A stretch of 63,730 nt of DNA, counting the filler, from Lenisia limosa (Eukaryota; Protista; Breviatea): NCBI GenBank assembly GCA_001655205.1. It is 13 parts of 13 records of this genome, joined end to end, with 100 filler letters (N's around TTAATTAATTAA, not from the genome) between each part and the next. Parts side by side here need not be neighbours in the genome. Positions count along the whole stretch, not along the records: positions 1 to 3,827 come from LPNZ01002383.1; positions 3,928 to 17,277 come from LPNZ01011150.1; 11 more parts are not named here. One strand, given 5' to 3'. How positions within the stretch are numbered: position 1 is the first letter of the stretch; each line of letters begins with the position of its first letter. A program made the translations under genes and the position numbers. The notes under the pieces are model-generated. The model worked only from the letters and a program-made list of their open reading frames with translations. It searched no databases and had not been told where the DNA came from. Below, piece after piece: positions 1-12,968 of this stretch.

Positions 1-29
1 ACAATGGGATGTTCCCCCCCCCCTCTCAC

Positions 30-92
30 CTTATAAGAGGAGTATTCATCAGTGTAGAAAGTGGCAGAGAGATCCGCACCATCGATAATGGT
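30..92 (-). CDS. Isolated internal exon of an unknown protein (TIIDGADLSATFYTDEYSSYK)
   Basis: 63-nt open exon bounded by ttcag| and |gtgaga followed by a G-run. No homology recognised. Confidence 0.35.
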
Positions 93-334
93 CTGAATTG
101 TAGTGTGAAAACAGAAAAGGAGTGTTAAAAAAATAAAATAATGACAAGGTCGTTTTTTTTTTATGTAAATCTGAAACATATTCCTACAAATTAATGCAAA
201 GTGTCAATGAAGAAATGAGAAAAGAAAAAGGAAGTATCAAAAAGTCTATAATAATTACCCAAACAATTGTTCTCAAAATAATAATATTCTCAAGACAACA
301 GGTGGCAATAACGGTAAAAAACGTCACAAATCGC

Positions 335-405
335 TTGAATATCTCGATAAATCTTCGAAAACTATCGATATTTTACCGGTCTTTTCGAGCCGAAGTGAAG
401 CCTTA
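335..405. mobile_element. hAT-like MITE family A, partial copy (right TIR only)
   Basis: ctcgataaatcttcgaaaactatcgatattttaccggtcttttcgagccgaagtgaagcctta matches the full-length copies. Confidence 0.8.
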
Positions 406-2342
406 TTAATCGCCCTCATACAACGCTCTCTCTGAAGGGGTCGAGGGAGTTACCACTCGTATCTGTGAAATGAACCTCAAAGATCATGGCGGCTTGTGTA
501 GCGCAGCGGTCAAACACCGTTTGGACCCGCGTGACAAAGAGCTGAAGCGGAGTGAACGAGGTTTTTTATGATGACGAATATAGGAAAAGACACTAATGAA
601 CCAAATAATCACAAAGCTTGACCCTCAAATTTCTACATCCCGATTACCCTGTTCCACATCACAAGAGGGTCAACGTCATCAGTCACACACGTCACCCCTA
701 TCTTGTTGGAGTCTTTATGGCAAAGTGTCACCTCTGTAATCGTAACACGCATGATTAATGGAGATTATGGCTGCTAACAACAAATAGACATATGCCAAGC
801 GCCTGATTCTATCATTGGCGGCAATAGAGGCGGCAGTTACCTCTGATTGCCAAATTGCAATAACGTGCCATAACAGCCAAAGATAACAAAAAAAGGACGC
901 CAACCCCAACGAAGCAAAAAAAAGACATTGAGCCCACGGAGAAGACATGCGGCACCATCGGATTCTTCCATGCTCGTGGCAAGACATTTGTATTCTAGAT
1001 CAGTCAGAATCATTACCGAATAGGGAGGGGGTGACGTAATCCACGGCCCAAACCTTCGGGACATGAAAATGGCTTTGAAAGAGACGTAGAATAAGCGCAG
1101 CAGCGGCTAGTTTCAGGTACACAACCGGAATTAGAGTTCACATAGCAGCACCGTGTGAAATCACTTGGATCTCTGAATTGTCGTAAGATTTTCGGATTAT
1201 TATTTGTGTACTTACTCTGAGCGGGGGCAAGGGTCGTCATCACAGACTGTCCGCTTATCACGAACCTCAAAGAAGTCGTGTGCGAGCGCATTGAGCCAAA
1301 TACCAGCTATTACTGTAAACAGAACGTATATGTTTCGTATTCTCATTGTCACAACTTCCTTGCCTCGGGAGTTACGTTCAATTCATGCAAAAAATGACCT
1401 TATGCCAAGAATGTCTGTAGTGTGTTGATAGTTTACAGTATATTATACATATAATAAGTGACTATGTTAACTCTTAAGCATTGAGAGTGAGTCAAGAGTG
1501 AGTTTCACAAAATAATTTATATAGGTAAAAATCCTGGGGGATCACCTTTGCTGAGGTTCAATTTATGCCAAAATAATCGTAAATTTCCCCTCTTAATGCC
1601 TGTTAATAGGTCACTGTATTGCTACTAAATATATCGTAGAAGAATCATTGGAATTTGCTTCTCAGTTTCCCGACGGACCCCTTCCGATATATAGAACCCC
1701 AACAGCCGCCTTCTTTGTTCTAGGAGTAGTTCTGCAGTAGTTCAGGATGGTATGTTGAGGAGGAGAAGATTTTAACCTTATCCAGCCTTGCCGCTTCGGC
1801 TGGAGTCCAAAGCCAGGAAACCAGGCTATCTGCGGCAATTGCGGCGGTCGTAAGGCTGATCACGAAACAAAGGTAGGTCATGACTTAATGATGTGCTGGG
1901 CAGTGTTAGTGATCTTGTTTGGCTTTGTGGTTCGCATTTTCACTCCCCCGCTCTGATTCTTGCTTTAACCACTCATATTCATGCAGCATCCATGAGGGTT
2001 TTATGTGAATTGAGGGTCTTACCTGGGTTCTTAGGAACCTTTTCAACACATATGCGTTTATCGATTATGATAATACTATCACGGAATCGCATTATATGAT
2101 TATTCTTCCCTTATTATATGATGCATTCTTTTTGTGACAAAATTTCCATCTTCTATTATTTGTGTTATGATGCTTATATTATTATATGTATCATAATACA
2201 CTTTGTTATGGCTATTTCCTTTATCAAAGTTTCACAAAGCACCTTCCCCCCAATATCCTCATTGAAATTTCCGTATTTTTACGTCAACAATTGATTTGGG
2301 CTTTTTTTGTGTCATAAATTTCCAAGTTTACCCCCCTTCCAG

Positions 2343-3827
2343 CCTCAAACGTCTTCCCCAGCTCGAGGCGGCTCTTCAGCATCATCAACTTCGTGGGAGG
2401 GTATGGATGCCTTTTGTTGTTATTTTATGAATTCCATTTGTTTTTACTTTTGAGCTAGATAACACATAATTGGGTATGACCATAAACAAGAGAACCTTAA
2501 AACCGCACACGATAGTGGCATAGGATTTGGTTTCCGAGGGTTATATTTCTGTAGTATATATTTTACCCTTATTTATGGACCGGTCTGGGGTTTACTCAGC
2601 GTCATCACATAGAAACAATGGATAGTACTCTGTGATCCCTCGAAGAGAACAATTTCTCAGATTTATATTGACATACACGCTTTGTCGCTTTTCTCATTGT
2701 GCTTCATCCTGAGTGTAATATGAAAAATAAGATATTATATGATATTCATAGTCATATTATAATGGATAATTTTATGAGATCACAAGAATGACTGATGAAC
2801 CTAACCCATATAGAGCCTCATCAGAACCATTATGGGTGAAGCGGCGGCGTGAGAAGGAGGAGGAAGCGAAGAAAAAGGAACAAGCAGAGAAAGATGCTAA
2901 GGATGCCCGGGCGAAGGAGGNNNNNNNNNNNNNNNNNNNNNNNNNNNNNNNNNNNNNNNNNNNNNNNNNNNNNNNNNNNNNNNNNNNNNNNNNNNNNNNN
3001 NNNNNNNNNNNNNNNNNNNNNNNNNNNNNNNNNNNNNNNNNNNNNNNNNNNNNNNNNNNNNNNNNNNNNNNNNNNNNNNNNNNNNNNNNNNNNNNNNNNN
3101 NNNNNNNNNNNNNNNNNNNNNNNNNNNNNACAAATCAATGAGGGGTAGGAAGTTAAATGATTGGGTGAGGGGAGTAGTGTCCTCTTGTCGATTCCTGATT
3201 CCTGAGTTTATTGTAGTTCCTAGGGTATATGGTGAAGAGTTCATTTATAGTCCAATTATTGTAGATTATTTTATGAGAATATGCATGAAGATGAATCTTA
3301 CCGATATAGGCGCTACGGATCTTCAGCGGCTAAAACCGAGCCCAAAAAGGAGCCCAAAAAGGAGCCGAAATCCGAGCCTAAAAAGGAGCCTACCAAAACC
3401 AGTCCCGTGAAATCCTCCTACGGGCAGAAAACCGCCGAGAAGAAAGAGGAAACCCGCGGGGAGGTAAAACGAACCGAACCAAAGAAAGAAGAGCCCAAAA
3501 GAGCGGAGAAGAAGGTTGAGAAGAAAGAGGATCGAGCGTCCTTGCATTCGTCGCATAAGCCACAGGCAAAACCCCAAGTTGGCGGCACGCTGAAGGATCG
3601 CCTTGCCGCCCTTGGTGGTGGCATTAACATGCAAGTGAGTAAGGGCTTTTTCCGTGATATAATCTTGAGATTACATGACTCCTAAGAACTTCGTTTCAGT
3701 ACAAAAAAAAGGCCTGGTTTCATAAATATCGATATTTTATTGGTCTTTTATTGTATGTACAATGTATCCTATTTTCCTTTTTTCTTGTCTCACCTATTAG
3801 GGCCTTCTGCCAGGTAGAGCTCCTCCC
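2343..3827 (+). CDS. Partial gene for a Lys/Glu/Pro-rich low-complexity protein with EPKK repeats and a possible CapZIP/FAM21-like LLPG motif
   Basis: Exons read PQTSSPARGGSSASSTSWE; DEPNPYRASSEPLWVKRRREKEEEAKKKE; EPKKEPKKEPKSEPKKEP...GTLKDRLAALGGGINMQ|GLLPGRAPP, with GT-AG junctions at 3635 and ~3800. Interrupted by gaps and the spacer. Confidence 0.55.
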
Positions 3828-3927
3828 NNNNNNNNNNNNNNNNNNNNNNNNNNNNNNNNNNNNNNNNNNNNTTAATTAATTAANNNNNNNNNNNNNNNNN
3901 NNNNNNNNNNNNNNNNNNNNNNNNNNN
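3828..3927. other. Artificial scaffold-joining spacer (first of 12)
   Basis: 44 N + TTAATTAATTAA + 44 N. The 12-mer gives stops in all six frames and recurs at 3872, 17322, 18577, 21814, 34894, 37985, 42048, 46173, 47708, 57778, 60234 and 62193. Confidence 0.97.
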
Positions 3928-4035
3928 ATATATCATACTGCTATGTATTTAATATGAAATATCATATCACCTAATATCATATGTACACAATTCATGTATT
4001 TTTGATAATATCAGTTGTGGAATCTTACTCTCTAG

Positions 4036-4378
4036 AAAAATTTCACTCACATATTTCTGTTTGCAATTGATGAGATCATTGACCTTGATCACCTGAAGGA
4101 TGATGATGGTGGTGAGGTGACAGAAGGGGCTGCGGTCGACATCGTCTTCCCAAGTGATCAGGAGTTTGTTTTGTTTTGTCATTTTATTCACATCCAGATA
4201 CCAAGAATATCATTATCGGCACATCGAGATGCTCCGTGATGATTTACTTCAGTACAGAGTATCAGTGTAAGTGGGTCGACTTCATAGACAGGCTGAACTA
4301 TGAGAAATGTCCTGTTGTATTCGTTGTTCTTACCGCCTTAGCATTGTTTTTAGACGTAATCATCAAGCCGATTTGAGG
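4036..4378 (+). CDS. Three exons of an unknown protein
   Basis: Spliced reading KNFTHIFLFAIDEIIDLDHLKDDDGGEVTEGAAVDIVFPSDQE|YQEYHYRHIEMLRDDLLQYRVS|VIVFRRNHQADLR with consistent intron phases. Confidence 0.5.
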
Positions 4379-5470
4379 NNNNNNNNNNNNNNNNNNNNNN
4401 NNNNNNNNNNNNNNNNNNNNNNNATACTTGACTTTTTGAGCGGTATTTGATAAAGGCAGCAAGGGTGACCGAGCTTGAGAATGCAGAAAATAATTCGTCA
4501 CAATATTGTAGCAAATGTGTCCGTCAACAGCAACAATATCAACCGCGAGGGAGATGGTTTTGAAACCAGACTCAGTGTTATTATTTGGACTAAATGATTA
4601 GAACATCCCTTATCCTTATCGCACAACCAACATTGAACGCTTGACCTTCAAGCGGTAATTGGATATGTCCTTGAGTTTACCTTTATTTGACAATAATCGC
4701 AATACAAACTTGCGGTGACGCTCATGTTATAGTACTCATTCTAGTCAAAAAGTCAATCAAGGAAACAATTGAGTACGATGAGGGTGACAAAGTCCCATAA
4801 CCATACGATATAATGGGGTAACATACGATGAGTGATTAAAACTATTTGTGTGATCTTCAAAAACTACTTATTAACATAATTACACAACTAACTTTGAAAT
4901 GCAGCTCTGATTCCGCTCATTGTTACAGTCCTGCGTCTCATCCTTGGGCATCTAAGTTATGAGGGGATGTTAATGACCTGAACAATGATCATTATATCAG
5001 TTTGAAGAAAGAGTGAAAGGGGAAAAGATACCAGCAATATTAGTGAAATACAACTTTTCAACGAAACCTATCATTACTATAAGCAAAGGGGCGGGAAGGG
5101 ACGCAATCCTTCCAACAATCACTGCTTTTGAAAGAGCCACTAGCATCCACAATACCGTCCCTAGCCCTTCTTTTCTTACTTTTTATCAATGGCCAAAGGA
5201 ATGTCTTACTGCTGCTTGAATGAGCCAATCTCCACAATGGTTTTGAAAGCTGCCCCGGGATCAAAGATTAAATCTTAATTAGTGGGCCACTTCCTAGGAG
5301 TTGGCACTACCCACGGGTTACCCTTACCCCCCTTTTACTTGTATTTAGATTTTTATACACTACAGTATATACCTCCTCATCCAAACAACATTTGGATTGA
5401 AGCAGGGTTGCCTTTGGATTGACTTTGGATTTGACTTCTTTTGGACTTCTTGGAATTGCTTTGGTGCAAT

Positions 5471-8400
5471 ATGTCCCAGCTTGCTTCGCAGCAAGTTGTT
5501 GCCTCAGGAGGTACAACTCTTTCTGTTTCGCTTGCGCAGGTTGGACATTCATCAGTTATATGTTTTCTTATTACAGGCTGGCTGTAAGCAGGTTGAAGCC
5601 CAATTACAAAGAGATTCAACGATTCCTAAGCTTTTTGAGTGTGCTTCATCAAGTGTGACTGAATATGTGGTTTGATCTGTTGACTCAGGTGCATTAACTC
5701 TTAGGACTCAGTCCCTTCCTTCCTTCAGCAAAGCAGTAGGGTTAAAATCCCTGAGGCAATCCTTCAGCAGTATCATAGTTGGTTAATCTTTGGATTCCTC
5801 TAACTTCTTAGGAATGGAGTGCAAATGTTTCATGGGCTTGATGCCTGACATTGGTCGGGCTTGGATCACCATTGACAACAGATTTATTCTCTGGAACTAC
5901 ATTGAGGGGTGAGCAAATTGTCAGGAATGCAAATCATGCTTTAGAACAAAGTACACAATTTTTGAGGAAGTTGACCAGATCATCACAACTGTGGCGCTTG
6001 TTCCCGTGAAAAAGGTGAATATTCAGATCTGGATTCAGCGTGGTCTGATTAATTTAGGGAGTGTTTGTGGAAGAAATTGAATACGTTATTATTCTTGCTA
6101 CCCCAGTTGAGATTATTTTACTTGGTGTTGCTTTCCCAGATGGGTCCACCTTTTCTACTATTCAGCTTATTCCAAGTTAGCCTAAAAGACATGTTTTTCA
6201 CGCTTCAGCTGGTTTATCTGTCAGTTCAAATGATATCAGCATGCTCAAAATTATGGGTACCAAGAATGGCCGTATCTTCATGGCGGGAAGAGTGAGTGCG
6301 TGATACCTTGCTGACACACTTCAGGATGGTGGTCTCTATGAACTGCTTTACCAGTCTCAATCTGGCTGGATCCACAAGCGCTGTAGAACCGTAGGTTGTT
6401 CATGTTCAAGTCATCCTTCAGATCAATCACAATAGATCTTTACTCAACGTGATCCTCCCAGAGTTTCTAAAGGTGGGTGGGTGGCTAATCTTTATTATTT
6501 TGAGAAGTAAAGCAATATTAATTTTTTTGTTTTGACACTTCAGTTGAATAATACCCGCCCTGTTATTGATGTTGTGATTGATAAATCGCGTGATGTACTT
6601 TACACTCTGACTGACGATGACTCAATTACCGTCTACGACATCAAGGGCCAAGAGGGATACGTGGGTTCTTGTCACAGTTTACAATTCAGGCAAAACAAAT
6701 CTACACTATAGAGAAAGTTGGAAATAGTGCTTTGAATGCCTGTCCCCGTGGACAGATTCTTGACGCCTCGGTGAGTCCTATGGAACCGTGTTCTTACCCT
6801 CAGGCTTTTCATGTTGTTGGACTCTTTGTAGTGCCGGTGGACGATTCGTTGTCAGTACATTTGGTGGCACTGACATCTAGTGGAATTACCATCTATTTCA
6901 GCTTTGTCCCCTCCCACTATTCCAGAGTTGGTTCTCCTTGTACGTAATATCTCTAAACATTTTCCTTTTCCCTTTATTCTGTAGAGTTGTACCATTGACT
7001 CGCGGCCTCAGACATTGGATGTCATTGGAGTTCATCTCCCCCCCCCCCNNNNNNNNNNNNNNNNNNNNNNNNNNNNNNNNNNNNNNNNNNNNNNNNNNCT
7101 CCGGTCTGTCAAGCCTAAAATGAATGCAAACTAGTGCTTTTTATCACATTTTAGATCACCATAAAGGTCCTATAGCGTTCAAGCCGCAAGCCTCCTCTAG
7201 TAAGTTTTATTGAGTAGTAACAAATTTAGAGCCACAAAGAATGGATAGCTTTGGTTTTAGCACTTCGTCTCAGCTTCGTGTGAGCCAAAACAAACCCTCG
7301 CTTGCGGAACTATCATCTCGTCGTGTGGCAGCTGTTACCCCCGGTACCCAGCAACAACCGTCGGTCCATTTGGCTTACTATGCAAGTAAGCCTGATAGTT
7401 GGGATCCCTGATCTAACATTAGGTGGCTTGACCGTCTTTGCGGGCGCTGTAAGCGATGATGTCAATACTTTAGCTGCCGTCATGCCCGATCTTGCCTCCA
7501 TGGCCATTGCAAGTTTGCTCTCATGCTTTATTGTCTTTTCATAGTACATATTTATGGATCATGATGTTCCAGGTGGCGATGGAGCAATGACAGGTCGTAT
7601 TCCGCCACCCGCAGTTTCCACTTCTCTTATCAACGGCAAGGTAGGGCAAGTGAATTTCTTACATTAGGTTTGGTGCATATCTGAGTCTGATCGTTCTGCT
7701 GTTATTCAAAACCTCTCAACTTCAACATCGTTGAAGAGACCTCGAGGTATTCTGGATGTGTTGATGGGAAGTTATTAGTGGGGGGGGGGGTAACATTAAA
7801 CGAAAATTTGATCAATCTTTTCTTAATTTCTTTTGATCGTTCTTTATAGTTGGTATTACAAGCACTCGAACATACAAGGCCATCACCAACGACCTTGTTG
7901 CTCAACATTCGCTCCCTCCCAGACAGGTACTCTCCTCATAATGTACTTTGAAGCATTTTGTGTTGTTCCTAATGCCTTTTTAGATAGTAGTCCTAACTAA
8001 CACTGGAGTGGAAATCTTCACTGTGCATCGCCCTATTGACATTGCCCGATCTACAGTTGTCGCTAGTCGTAAGCTTGGCAGCCACAAACTCAGATCTTTT
8101 GCGACATCTGAATACTGTAGAAGGATTGGAGTGCAGGCACATCACTTCAATGGTTACTGAGTGGGGTGAGGCAGAAACATGTAGCATGCTTCTCTCCATT
8201 GCTGCCACATCACCTGATGGAAGAGCAGCGCTTGGCGTACACGCCTCTCCCTTGCGTCCAGCTCTCATCTCAGCTAATGTTTGGGCTGTGTTAGCTTTCA
8301 TTTCTGATTCTGTAGGCGATTGACGGCCAAGTCAGTGAATGGGCTGGTCGACTGTTCTTCCTCCTTGGAGGCCGGCCAGAAATGCCTGATGGTCGAAATA

Positions 8401-11400
8401 TAGTTGCTTCAAAGTACGATATTGGCCGTGCTGTATTCAGTCAGGATGTTGTTTTCTCTCCCAAGGTGTGTACCCCACTTTTTTTTTTGTTAGCTTTCCG
8501 ATATTTGACCGATATGTAGCTTAAAGGTCTTGTAATGTACCTTTCGCGAGTGATTGCTCCCATCTGGAACATGACACTCAGTACTAAAGAACAATTAACT
8601 ACGGCGGCTGCCTCAAGATCCTCACTTGCTGACGCGGAGACCTCTCTCAGAGGCCTACTCGTGAGCAGCGAACTAAAGCACCTTAATGTTTTTGATCAGT
8701 CTCAGTACTTTTTTCGATAAGCATTTTATTTTTATAACAATTATAATATTATTTACGCAACAGCCACATCTTCATAGATATAGGCCTTCTTTGATCGTCA
8801 TCGTAAGCAATTGACTAATGAGCTGACTGCCCACAAAGATGGAGAGGTTGGACAAGGTTATTCGCTTTCATCCTCCAGGCTATTCGTTCGGAGCAAAATG
8901 CTCTTCGAGCCCTTCAAGAAACAGCACGCCGCTGCGCCGATTGTGCAGCTCTCTTCACTGTTGTCTTGGACCACGGTCTGCCAGCAATTGTCAATGAGAT
9001 CGACCCAAGTGCCCGCGAAGGACTCACGTATGTTCTATGATGGACTTTAACGTTCAGAATGCCATTCGGTCGCCTTTCTTGTTCCGCAGTTGGCGAGCTG
9101 GCTGCCCGAAGCATTCTCACAGGTCTCGTCCACCTCTACACTGGCGGTTTGCAGTAAAACAAATCAGAGCAGTTTTGATGTCGTTTGCTTCTTAACTACT
9201 CAGAAATGTCTTCGGTTTCTGATGTGACGTCCAGCCTCCTAAGCCGCTGTTTGTCTTTCTACACTCCGGAGGACGCCATTCTTCACAAGGCACTTGAATT
9301 TATGGAGAAAGCTAAGGTCTGAATAAAATTAAAAAATAATCTGAAGAAACTTGCTGGGTTGAGATTCATAAACACTAAATAGATTGGTAAAGTGAGCCCC
9401 CCCCCCNNNNNNNNNNNNNNNNNNNNNNNNNNNNNNNNNNNNNNNNNNNNNNNNNNNNNNNNNNNNNNNNNNNNAATCTAGAACTTCCCCGAGGCAAGAG
9501 CTGTCCATCTTGATGACGCACTAAAGCTTTACATACAAGCGGTGAGTCCTCCCTTATCATCTAACCATCAAGGCTGCAAGTGTACCTTTGAGCCCAGTTT
9601 GCATTACTTTGCAATATCTTCGCTACTACTCTGGTGTTGTCCGTCTCTGCTGCGCGCAGTTCAAGGCTACTGGTCATTATGATGCTCTCAAACCTCTTGA
9701 AGACGTAGGTCACGGAATATTTGGTTATCCTTTTTCTTGTGTGATTTTCACCGTTATCCCAGATATTCGCTGAGCTGATTGCTGGTATACCACAAGCCAT
9801 GACCGCTGAAGTTTTTGGCTCTGAACGTCCGTCAATGTCCAATGATGAAGCCGCCTTCTTTACGTCTGAAGCCCAGGCCCTTATCACAGGTTTTTAGTCA
9901 CATTTAATTTCACTCTTCAGCTTGCGAGGAACAAGAAATCCATGCCTACTTCTTTGACTGGTGTCTTCGCAACAACTTTGTTTCGATTCTTCTTTCAATG
10001 GCTGTAAGCTTACCTAATCCTGCCCTTACATCCAGTCCCCTCATCTTGAAGCGTATCTGTCTTCGCCCAGTGTTGCCCCAGGTGGAAAGGACTTGCTTTG
10101 GCGCTTCTATATCAATGCTGGGCGTCACGCAGACGCGGCATCTTGTCTAGAGACTTTGGCTCAGTCTGACGGTAGGTCCGTTATGAAGTGTCACTAGCCT
10201 AGATTTGAGTTTATATGAAAGGGTGGAGTACTTCAGCTCAGCCGTTGTCAGTGCCAAGGCTTCAAAATCGTCACAACTCTTACCAGTCATTCAGGACAAG
10301 GTTGGACCATGTTGGGCTAAACCCTGTAGTTGGAGGTTGCGACACTTCAGTTGAGAAGCCTGGAAACTCTCCGCAATGCAAGTCAAGTTCAGGACCTTGT
10401 ACGTTTCTCATAAAAGTCACATTTCAGCACTATCAACAGGCAATCAGTGACCTTGACACCAGCCTCTACAACCTCTCAGAGGTACGAGATTGCAAGTTGA
10501 GATTTGACACCCTAGATCTACAATCAGTTTGCTCGGCCTTTCAAGCTCTATTCAATCGAGCTGGAGTGCTTGCACCTTGGTCAGGAGATTAGCAAAGATC
10601 TAATGAGGCAAACTTGGTCCAATTGGGCGGAATCTGAAATCATTGAGCATGCCCCTCACACACTCTATGCTTTCGCCGGACAGGTGGGATTATTTTGGGA
10701 ACTAGAGATACCTTACACCCAGGTTTCTGATATTCTCCGCCGCATCCATCCCTCAAATATTTCTCAAGCCGATCTTTTGATTCAGGCTTTGGAGCTGAAA
10801 ACGTAAGGTTCCACAGCTCTTTGCTTACCCTTCATCCAGACCACCATCACTACCTGGCGGATGGGCGGGCCAAGCACTCATTGATGGGGGAATGGAGTGC
10901 CCAGAGGTGTTTTACGCTTATTTCGACAAACTCTCTTCATCTGTTTGCAAGGTTTTGCTTTTTGTTTTTTCTACCTTTTCACACAGTGTTCCTCTGGTTT
11001 GTCTTTGAAAGGAATATTATAATTTGTTGATGTATTTCATCTTCAAGCGAATAATTCACAATGTTTAGTTTTGTATCAGTATATTCCAGGTCTGTTTTAT
11101 TACTGCTAAGGATCCCCAATGGTCGTCTGGACAAGGGCAGCAGCATCTGGTTCTTGGTCTTATCTCAGTAATTGAGAATTGGGTAAACCAAGTCAGTTCC
11201 GGTACAATGTCATCTTATGGTTGGTTGGGTTATTTCTCATTAATGGTTTTCAATACTAAGTTTCACAATTATATTTCATTCTCCCCCGCCCTTTGATATT
11301 ATGCTAATTAGATTTGACGTAGGATTTACTTCTCGTTTTTTCAAACCTCCATGTGTCAAATGTCCCCCCCCCCCCCNNNNNNNNNNNNNNNNNNNNNNNN

Positions 11401-11620
11401 NNNNNNNNNNNNNNNNNNNNNNNNNNNNNNNNNNNNNNNNNNNNNNNNNNNNNNNNNCTCTTGAAACCTGCCTAATCACCACCAAAGCTTCCCTTGTTAT
11501 CTCAGATACTGACAAAACCAAACGTGAGTTTTCACTTTCGTACTTTACACCATAGTGTGCGCCCAGGTGTCTGCGGCTTCGAAGCAGGTCGACTCAATTT
11601 TTGATAAAAACTCTCCATAA
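5471..11620 (+). CDS. NUP155: Nucleoporin Nup155/Nup170 family, multi-exon
   Basis: Spliced motifs QQYH..MECKCFMGLMPDIGRAWITIDNRFILWNY, GRIFMAG.DGGLYELLYQSQSGWIHKRCRTINH, LVAQHSLPPRQ and DPQWSSGQGQQHLVLGLISVIENW. ATG at 5471, TAA at 11618-11620, many short GT-AG introns. Confidence 0.93.
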
Positions 11621-11760
11621 TGTTCATATTGATACAACTAGTACTGTTGATTCCAGTTCCCAGGTGGGATTTGATGCATTCCTTGATGCCATTCGTAGCC
11701 CTGTTGCTGCGGCCACTGCATTGCTAAAAGGATAACCGGAGGCAAGTATGTAGAAAGCGT

Positions 11761-12343
11761 TCAAAAGCCAATAAACCCACGCATCATGACTTGGTGAGGA
11801 AGCCATTGCCTTTGAACAAGAGGACCAAACTGAAAGGATAACCAAACACACATACTTCGCCTCAACAAATTATTGAAGTTACAAAGAAAGATAGACCTTC
11901 ACAAACCTGTTGTCTATACATCATTGTAGCCTACGTGGTGAGTAACTATGATCTATTAGACCTACCTGCTGCATACACTCGGCCGGCTGGTACAAACGCG
12001 GGTCTGTCTGGTTGAAGTCCATGGGCGTTCCCATTTGTGGAGTGAAAGTTGCTTGAAAATAAAAAAGAAGGACAGTTGCAAACCGGACACGGATGGTGTG
12101 CGATCAGACTGTACCACTGGAGATGCTAGGGCTAGAGGGGGGGGGGGTCNNNNNNNNNNNNNNNNNNNNNNNNNNNNNNNNNNNNNNNNNNNNNNNNNNN
12201 NNNNNNNNNNNNNNNNNNNNNNNNNNNNNNNNNNNNNNNNNNNNNNCCCTTTGCATTCTGCGGTTGTTTAGTAAAGGAGGTTCCTCGGTTCTCACTCGGC
12301 TATGCCTTGTTCCTCCCTCGGAACCTCCGCAAGGAAATCCCAT
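11761..12343 (-). CDS. Hypothetical multi-exon protein convergent with NUP155
   Basis: A phase-consistent splice path gives ...ATFTPQMGTPMDFNQTDPRLYQPAECMQQ|ATMMYRQQ|FGPLVQRQWLPHQVMMRGFIGF*. Other paths are possible. Confidence 0.3.
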
Positions 12344-12381
12344 GTGCTATATCTACGAGGGTATGCGGGGATGAGCATTTG

Positions 12382-12555
12382 GTTACCCCAACATGGAAAA
12401 TTGGCCTTTCCCTGAAGTAACTTAGGGCTCAGGAGATGTACCTGTTTGAAAGTGTACCTGGTTACCCCAAACACACTGAGATGTACCTGGTCCCCAACAT
12501 GGAAAAATGGCCATTTTTACACCCTGCAGTAACATAGGGATCAGGATGTGTATTT
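12382..12555. repeat. Imperfect direct repeat (~107-bp period) with an inverted copy of its core at ~12761-12783
   Basis: ggttaccccaacatggaaaattggcc...gtaacttagggctcagga versus ggtccccaacatggaaaaatggcc...gtaacatagggatcagga; ttggggtaaccaaccaggtgcat is the reverse complement of the core. Confidence 0.75.
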
Positions 12556-12792
12556 CCCTATCTCTGTTGGGGCCATATGCCAAAAACACAACAAGGAAGA
12601 ATTTTTCAAAAAAAACAAGATCTTGCAGATCAATTACTGACTTGTGTTGGGGCTTACTGCTGATGAAATGTACCGACTCCTTCACAAAAAGTGGACTTAT
12701 AATAAGTCTTGTTTTATTCATAGGAAGAGTTTTGAGAACATAAGCTGCTTGTAAAAACAGTTGGGGTAACCAACCAGGTGCATTTCTGGGTA

Positions 12793-12968
12793 TGCGTCGA
12801 GGGGATAGGAGCTCTCATAAACACATGAAAATTTTTAGAAGGTCATTTTTTACTGTGGATTTGATCATATTTTCCATATTTTTCGTCATATTTTTTCTCG
12901 AAACTTCATTTTTAGTCTCTTAAAAATCAGTTCAGTTCATTCCCCTTTACTCATATCCCCTCGACGCA
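12793..12968. mobile_element. ~176-bp element with a perfect 15-bp terminal inverted repeat
   Basis: tgcgtcgaggggata ... tatcccctcgacgca. Confidence 0.6.

Noticed and set aside
12090-12115. In-frame TGA as selenocysteine in the minus-strand hypothetical gene
   Set aside because: A short intron with a strong pyrimidine tract (...ttttcaag) gives an open splice path in another frame. No redox motif or SECIS was recognised.
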